Positions 59,065 through 64,000 of a stretch of 64,000 nt of DNA are shown piece by piece; position 1 is the stretch's first letter; each line of letters opens with the position of its first letter. This DNA comes from an uncultured Eubacteriales bacterium. GTDB taxonomy: Bacteria; Bacillota; Clostridia; Oscillospirales; Oscillospiraceae. The stretch spans positions 55,884 through 119,883 of the forward strand of contig UROF01000004.1 of the NCBI GenBank assembly GCA_900549475.1, in the 5' to 3' direction. The notes below the pieces were generated by a model that saw only the letters and a list, made by a program, of their open reading frames with translations, ran no database searches and had not been told where the DNA came from. The position numbers and the translations under genes are program-made.

Positions 59065-60075
59065 TTACAGCAGATGGATGCCGGCTTCCTCACAGGTTTC
59101 CACGGTGGCCTGATCCCACAGGCTCACCTGGACCTCGCCGATATGGCAGCAGCCGATCATCAGCATACACAGCCGGCTCTGGCCGATACCGCCGCCGATG
59201 GTCAGGGGCAGCTGCCCCTTGAGGAGCATCTGGTGGTAGGGCAGCTCCCGACGGTCCTCACAGCCGGAGAGCTTCAGCTGCCGGTCCAGGCTCTCCTCAT
59301 CCACTCGGATACCCATGGAGGAGATCTCAAAGGCCCGGCCCAGCACATCGTTCCACATGAGGATGTCGCCGTTGAGGAACCAATCGTCGTAGTCCGGGGC
59401 CCGGCCGTCATGGGGCTTGCCGGAGCGGAGCTTTCCGCCGATCTGCATGAGGAACACGGTCTTATGGAGCTTCAAAAACTCCGTCTCCCGCTGGGAGGCC
59501 GTCAGCTCCGGGTACAGATCCTCCAGCTCCTGGGTGGTGATAAAGGTCACCTCCCGCTGGAGCTTCACGTTCAGCTGGGGGAAAGCCCGGCGCAGGGCAT
59601 CACAGGTATCGCACACTGCCCCCACAATGGAACGGACCGTATACTTGAGATAGTCCACATTCCGGTCCTCCCGGGTGATGACCTTCTCCCAGTCCCACTG
59701 GTCCACGTAGATGGAGTGGATGTTGTCCAGCTGCTCATCCCGGCGGATAGCGTTCATGTCGGTATACAGGCCGTTGCCGGGGTAGAAACCATACCGCTTG
59801 AGGGCCAGCCGCTTCCACTTGGCCAAGGAGTGGACCACCTCGCCTACAGCGCCTTCCACCGCGGGAATATCAAAGGATACAGGCCGCTCCACGCCGTTGA
59901 GGTTGTCGTTCAGGCCGGAGTTCCGGTCTACAAAGAGGGGTGCGGATACCCGCCGGAGATTCAGCGCCAGCTTCAGGTTCTCCTGGAAGCTGCTCTTGAC
60001 GAATTCAATGGCTCGCTGCATATCGTAGCCGTACAGCGGGCAGCGGTAGCCCGCGGGGATGTAGCAGTTGCTCAT
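59065..60075 (-). CDS. asnA: aspartate--ammonia ligase (asparagine synthetase A)
   Basis: Co-linear with E. coli AsnA (VVHSLAKWKR, YVDQWDWEKV, GGGIGQSRLCMLM). Confidence 0.85.
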   Translation of the reverse strand: MSNCYIPAGYRCPLYGYDMQRAIEFVKSSFQENLKLALNLRRVSAPLFVDRNSGLNDNLNGVERPVSFDIPAVEGAVGEVVHSLAKWKRLALKRYGFYPGNGLYTDMNAIRRDEQLDNIHSIYVDQWDWEKVITREDRNVDYLKYTVRSIVGAVCDTCDALRRAFPQLNVKLQREVTFITTQELEDLYPELTASQRETEFLKLHKTVFLMQIGGKLRSGKPHDGRAPDYDDWFLNGDILMWNDVLGRAFEISSMGIRVDEESLDRQLKLSGCEDRRELPYHQMLLKGQLPLTIGGGIGQSRLCMLMIGCCHIGEVQVSLWDQATVETCEEAGIHLL

Positions 60076-60208
60076 AGGGTACCTCCTCGGTAGTTTGTAG
60101 TCTCGTGGTCTTTATCATACACCAAGCGGTAAAAAATTGCACTAGGAAAATGGGAAATACTGCAACAAAATTGCAGGGAGCGCCCAAAGGCGCCCCCTGC
60201 GGTATCTG

Positions 60209-61393
60209 CTAACGGTCTTCACTGCCTTCATGGGCCCAGCATTCCGCCAGGGCCTGCAGGGCCAGCTCCAGGGTCTCCTCTGTCTCCTGACCCGAGCCCA
60301 GCACCGTTACATAGGCGGCAAGGTCCCCCTTTACTGCGATACACTCCAGACCGCCGGAGGCCCAGGCCCCCTCCAGGCCCTCCACAGCCACCTCGTGGTA
60401 GCTTTCCACACTGCGGGCAAAGGTGGAGTTCTCCATGAGGCTGCGGACAAACATCTCCCGGTCCACCCGTGGGCTCAGGCGGTAGACATCCTGATACATC
60501 CAGTTGGTACCGCCCTCTCCCACCACCTCAAAGACGTCGTAGTGGGTGGCCAGAAGGGAGCGCTCCACAGTGATCTTGCTGGTCCGGTCATCGTAAAAGA
60601 GGGCGCTCCGCTCTCCTTCTATCCCCAGGTCCGAAAGGAGCACATAGGGTCCGTCTGCCGCCTCCGGCAGATCCCGGGTGTCCTTACTCACCCACTGCCA
60701 GAAGGTGAGCAGCCCGAACACCGCCACAAAGCCCAGCAGCACGCCGCTGACGATCCGGTGGGGGAGCATCCGGCCCTTGGGACTGTGATCCAGGGGGATC
60801 CCCTTTTTCATTCGCCGGTAGAGCCGGCCCATCCGCCAGGCGGCGTGGAAAAACATATAAAAGGCCCACACCAGCAGCGCCCCAGCAAACAGGAAAAGCG
60901 CCGTTGCAGCTACCCAGCCCAGCCGACACTCCGCCCCCCACTTGCTCAGGAGTTTCCCTGTCCCGCCGGACATAGCCGCGGCCATGAAAAAGTTGAACAA
61001 GAGCATCACCGTTACCGGCACCCAGGCCCAGATGTAACCCCGCCGGAGGGCCCGAAGGGTAGCGGCCTGCTGGGCGGGATCAGCGTAGAACTCCGGGGCG
61101 TCGCTGCCCGCTGGGGAGGAGAACACATGGATCATTCCCCGGCTGGTCACGTACTTCCAGCCGCAATCCTCATACACTGCCACCTGTTCCTCGGGAAGGT
61201 CCGTCTCCTCCAGAAATCCAGGGGCAGATACCTCGATACGGTAGCGCATATCCGCCGGCTCGCCCTGGCGGAAGCGGCTGAGATAGGCTCCTCGCTTCTC
61301 CAGAAACCACCCCCGGGCGGCCATATCGCTGTATAGCTTCTCATTCTCGCCAATGGCGTAGTCGTCATAGTGCCGCCGATAGCGCCGTTTCAT
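60209..61393 (-). CDS. DUF2812-like membrane protein (PadR-associated)
   Basis: N-terminus ENEKLYSDMAARGWFLEKRGAYLSRF resembles DUF2812. 3-4 TM helices. 4-bp overlap with the upstream PadR gene. Confidence 0.55.
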   Translation of the reverse strand: MKRRYRRHYDDYAIGENEKLYSDMAARGWFLEKRGAYLSRFRQGEPADMRYRIEVSAPGFLEETDLPEEQVAVYEDCGWKYVTSRGMIHVFSSPAGSDAPEFYADPAQQAATLRALRRGYIWAWVPVTVMLLFNFFMAAAMSGGTGKLLSKWGAECRLGWVAATALFLFAGALLVWAFYMFFHAAWRMGRLYRRMKKGIPLDHSPKGRMLPHRIVSGVLLGFVAVFGLLTFWQWVSKDTRDLPEAADGPYVLLSDLGIEGERSALFYDDRTSKITVERSLLATHYDVFEVVGEGGTNWMYQDVYRLSPRVDREMFVRSLMENSTFARSVESYHEVAVEGLEGAWASGGLECIAVKGDLAAYVTVLGSGQETEETLELALQALAECWAHEGSEDR

Positions 61394-61701
61394 GTTTCCC
61401 CCTCCTCCATGATCTTCCCGTCCTCCACCATGTGCCGCAGCCGGTCGTATTCCCGACGAAGAGCCTCCCGGCCCTGGTCGGTGATGGCATAGGTCTTGCG
61501 CCGGTCCGCCTCCCCGGTAAGGACAATGAGGCCCTCCCGGCTCATGCGGCTGAGGACGCCGTAAAGGGTACCGGGGCCCATGACCAGCCGCCCGCCGGAC
61601 AGTTCCCGGATGCGCTGCATCATACCGTAGCCGTGGCCCGGGTGCAGCAGGGACAACAAAATATAATAGGCCGCCTCCGTCATGGGCTGCTGCTCCGCCA
61701 T
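61390..61701 (-). CDS. PadR family transcriptional regulator
   Basis: wHTH segment (YYILLSLLHPGHGYGMMQRIRELSGGRLVMGPGTLYGVLSRMSREGLI). Start chosen at the ATG with RBS GAGGGGGAGGA (MAEQQ...) rather than the longer listed ORF. Confidence 0.7.
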   Translation of the reverse strand: MAEQQPMTEAAYYILLSLLHPGHGYGMMQRIRELSGGRLVMGPGTLYGVLSRMSREGLIVLTGEADRRKTYAITDQGREALRREYDRLRHMVEDGKIMEEGET

Positions 61702-61954
61702 GGTCCTCCCCCTCTCACTATTATGTGTCTCGATATATCGCGTGGCATAATAGTAGCACAGGCCACATCGGCTGTCAAGTTCTCCCTTCTCTTGCATCCC
61801 CGGCCAAAACCGGGTAAAATGAAAAAAATATCCGTTTTTCTCTGGAGGAACCGGCCGTTGCCCAAAAGCAACCAGCCGTTGACAAAGCGACTACCAGAGG
61901 CGGTAGCCTGTTGCGCAGGAGGCGTGGTACGCTGGGAGCGAGGAGGGAAGGTCC

Positions 61955-62416
61955 ATGACACTGGCAGAAAAGATCTATCAGGCCCGGAAGAAGGCAGGGC
62001 TCTCCCAGGAGGCTCTGGCGGACGCCCTGGGCGTCACCCGGCAGGCGGTGAGCAAGTGGGAGACCGGAAAATCCGTACCGGACACGGAGAACATCCGGCG
62101 GATGGCCCTGATCCTGGCCGTATCGGCGGACTATTTTCTGGGAGACACCGCCGAACCCCCGGCAGATACCCCTTCCGGGGCGGTCCCGCTGGAAAAGCCG
62201 GACACTTTGCCGGAGAAGCTGGGACTGCTTTTGTTCCTGGCCGGGGTGGCAGCCATCGCCCTTTGCAGCGTGGTGTTCCTGGTCCGGTCCCTGATGGGAG
62301 AGAGCCATGTCTATGCCACCATCCAGGTGACGGATTTCACCATCGCCGCCGTCATGTTCCTGTTGTCCCTCATCGGCGGGTGCAGCGCCTTCCTCCTCAC
62401 AAGAAAACAAAAGTGA
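61955..62416 (+). CDS. membrane-anchored XRE-family (HTH_3) transcriptional regulator
   Basis: HTH segment (SQEALADALGVTRQAVSKWETGKSVP) followed by two TM helices. Confidence 0.65.
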   Translation: MTLAEKIYQARKKAGLSQEALADALGVTRQAVSKWETGKSVPDTENIRRMALILAVSADYFLGDTAEPPADTPSGAVPLEKPDTLPEKLGLLLFLAGVAAIALCSVVFLVRSLMGESHVYATIQVTDFTIAAVMFLLSLIGGCSAFLLTRKQK

Positions 62417-62427
62417 GGTGGATCACC

Positions 62428-62829
62428 ATGAAAAGAAGGACACATTGGTTATTTGCCCTGGCCTTCCCGGTGTGTGCGGGACTGCCGGGCCTGGTGCTGG
62501 CCTGGGCCTTTCTCTATTTCCAGATGGGCCGCTGGGATCTGCTGGGAGAGATCACCGGTATCTTCTGGTTTGTCCTGGCTCTGCAGCTGCTCTATGAACT
62601 GGCGGGGCAGCGGCAGGGCAGGCTCTTCTCCTTTGCCCGGTATTTCACCCTGGCCCTGAAGCTGCTGACAGCTCTGCTGGGCCATGTCTTTTTCTTCTTC
62701 AGCGTGGCATTTTCCCAAATGCAGGGCCCCAAAGCGGTCCTCTGCATCACCGTACTGGTCCTGTGCGCGTTGGGAAATCTGGCGCTGGCTGTCCGGGAAC
62801 TGAAGCTGAGCCGACATCCCACCGCCTGA
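62428..62829 (+). CDS. small hypothetical membrane protein (4 TM helices)
   Basis: ATG at 62428 with RBS GTGAGGTGG. Only the 3' part of the listed 465-aa ORF is plausible, because its 5' part is antisense to padR. Confidence 0.5.
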   Translation: MKRRTHWLFALAFPVCAGLPGLVLAWAFLYFQMGRWDLLGEITGIFWFVLALQLLYELAGQRQGRLFSFARYFTLALKLLTALLGHVFFFFSVAFSQMQGPKAVLCITVLVLCALGNLALAVRELKLSRHPTA

Positions 62830-63042
62830 CCACAACATTCTCCGCCGGGCGGCTGATTGCCGCCCGGTAAAATTTTTTGTTGCTGCCGTCAACACTTGCC
62901 GCATGCCATTCGTTCTATAGATGAACACAGCGGAAAGGAGGCGCAGCTATGGCAGCGAGAGATCCCTATACGGAAATCCTGTATGAGTTGGCCTGGAGAG
63001 GCCGGTGGGACCGTTGAACACTGATGAGAGGAGGGGCCGGCG

Positions 63043-63516
63043 GTGATCGAAGCGCTCTATACAAAATTCCACAGCCAGCTCCTGGCCCGCTGCACCGCCA
63101 TGTGCCGGGACACTGCGATGGCAGAGGACCTGGTCCAGGAAACCTTTCTGCGGGCTCTGACGCACATAGGAGACATACAGGATCTGAACCGTAAGCAGTG
63201 TCAGGCCTGGCTGTACAAAACCGCCCAGCGGCTGTATATCGATCATGTCCGCAAGGCGGCCCGGGAGACTGCCGCAGACCCGGCGGATCTGGAATCTGCC
63301 GCCTTCCAGGAGGACTTTTCCGCCCCGGCAGTAGGCCAGCTGGTAGGCCGTCTGCCGCCGGAGGAGCAAGCCATTTTTATCCTGCGGTACTTTGAAGGCT
63401 ACAACGCCACGGAGCTGGGGGAGGTCTTTTCCCTCCCCCCTGCCACCATCCGCTCCCGACTGGCTGCCGCCCGGCGGCGGCTGCGGATCTGGCTGGCAGA
63501 AGAAAGTGCCGAATGA
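63043..63516 (+). CDS. RNA polymerase sigma-70 family ECF sigma factor
   Basis: GTG start with RBS GAGAGGAGGGG. Region 2 (EDLVQETFLRAL...WLYKTAQRLYIDHVRK) and region 4 (EQAIFILRYFEGYNATELGEVFSLPPATIRSRL). Confidence 0.7.
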   Translation: MIEALYTKFHSQLLARCTAMCRDTAMAEDLVQETFLRALTHIGDIQDLNRKQCQAWLYKTAQRLYIDHVRKAARETAADPADLESAAFQEDFSAPAVGQLVGRLPPEEQAIFILRYFEGYNATELGEVFSLPPATIRSRLAAARRRLRIWLAEESAE

Positions 63517-63556
63517 TTTGTATCGGCACAGGAAACAAAAACAGGAGGTAACCACT

Positions 63557-64000
63557 ATGGAACATACCAATACCGCTAAAACACTGAAGATCAACACCGC
63601 CGTGTGTGATGCCCGTCATGTAAAAGAGAGTACTCTGGCCGCCTATGACGCCATTGAGATCAACGCCGCCTTCTTATTGGCCGATTCCGCCAGTCAGGAA
63701 CTGCTGCACAAATATCCGGTGACTTGCAACGCTGTCCAGACCCTGGACATTTCCGGTGACGTGCAGGTCTCTCAGATCAACGGCCGCAAGGAGCTGGGAC
63801 CCGGTACCCCCGCCCCCCAATCTCCCACCTTCCTGATAGTCAACGGCGTATTGGACATCGCCCCCGGAGCGGAGGAAGCTCTGTCGGCATACGTTGGCAT
63901 ACAGGTCAACGGCCAGATCATCTGCCCGGAGAGCCTCAGCGGCCTGCTGTCTGCCGTCTCCGTCAATGGTCAGATTGAGACTTACCCCGACGACTGCATT
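63557..64000 (+). CDS. hypothetical protein, 3' end outside the window (possible sigma-factor partner)
   Basis: RBS AACAGGAGGT plus ATG at 63557. Open to the end of the window. Contains repeated VNG(Q/V) motifs. Confidence 0.5.
   Translation, partial: MEHTNTAKTLKINTAVCDARHVKESTLAAYDAIEINAAFLLADSASQELLHKYPVTCNAVQTLDISGDVQVSQINGRKELGPGTPAPQSPTFLIVNGVLDIAPGAEEALSAYVGIQVNGQIICPESLSGLLSAVSVNGQIETYPDDCI

Noticed and set aside
61432-62427. 5' two-thirds of the listed 465-aa + ORF
   Set aside because: This part is antisense to padR and to the XRE gene's frame neighbourhood. Only the last 133 aa (from the ATG at 62428 with an RBS) look like a real membrane protein.
1-64000. Search for CRISPR arrays, tRNA/rRNA genes, IS elements, integrases and phage genes
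   Set aside because: No regularly spaced repeat-spacer arrays, no tRNA-like cloverleaf candidates in intergenic regions, and no transposase/recombinase-like ORFs were seen. The only repeats are short promoter-associated direct repeats (35917-35993) and terminator palindromes.

Overview
High-GC (~60%) chromosomal segment that looks like a Clostridia/Oscillospiraceae-type Firmicute, densely packed with metabolic and transport genes. I saw no rRNA, tRNA, CRISPR array, transposase or integrase.

Gene content in order:
- The 3' end of a sensor histidine kinase, then two tandem MacB-like fused ABC ATPase/FtsX permease genes.
- A LysR-regulated small-enzyme cluster: acetyltransferase, flavodoxin-like reductase, alpha/beta hydrolase, lipoprotein, CMD-cupin.
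- A minus-strand Opp/Dpp-type peptide ABC operon with creatininase-family and M42 peptidase genes, driven from a divergent pair of near-consensus sigma-A promoters.
- A DegT-like PLP enzyme gene overlapping a GntR regulator.
- A GlcNAc-kinase/GPH-transporter/PIG-L-deacetylase operon.
- A MATE exporter.
- A cobalamin riboswitch with its own promoter and terminator. It points across an oppositely oriented CbiZ-like gene toward a btuFCD-type corrinoid ABC transporter.
- A dlt-like D-alanylation/acyl-transfer operon in the non-canonical order A-C-B-D, flanked by a transglutaminase/Ig-like membrane protein and a lipoprotein.
- A LacI/GPH/GH42 beta-galactoside locus preceded by a four-copy direct-repeat array.
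- A MATE gene inactivated by a 1-bp deletion.
- trmB, an MFS transporter, an RRNPP-like XRE-TPR regulator, a cytidylate-kinase-like gene and an FAD oxidoreductase.
- A second peptide ABC operon with a 761-aa binding protein and an intercistronic hairpin.
- pepF, pepD, asnA, a PadR-DUF2812 pair, a membrane-anchored XRE protein, and an ECF sigma factor followed by a partial repeat-containing ORF.

I did not find a canonical defence system. The two loci most worth follow-up are the riboswitch/cbiZ/btuFCD arrangement and the re-ordered dlt-like cluster with its transglutaminase partner. Most long ORFs antisense to these genes are compositional artefacts of the high GC content.
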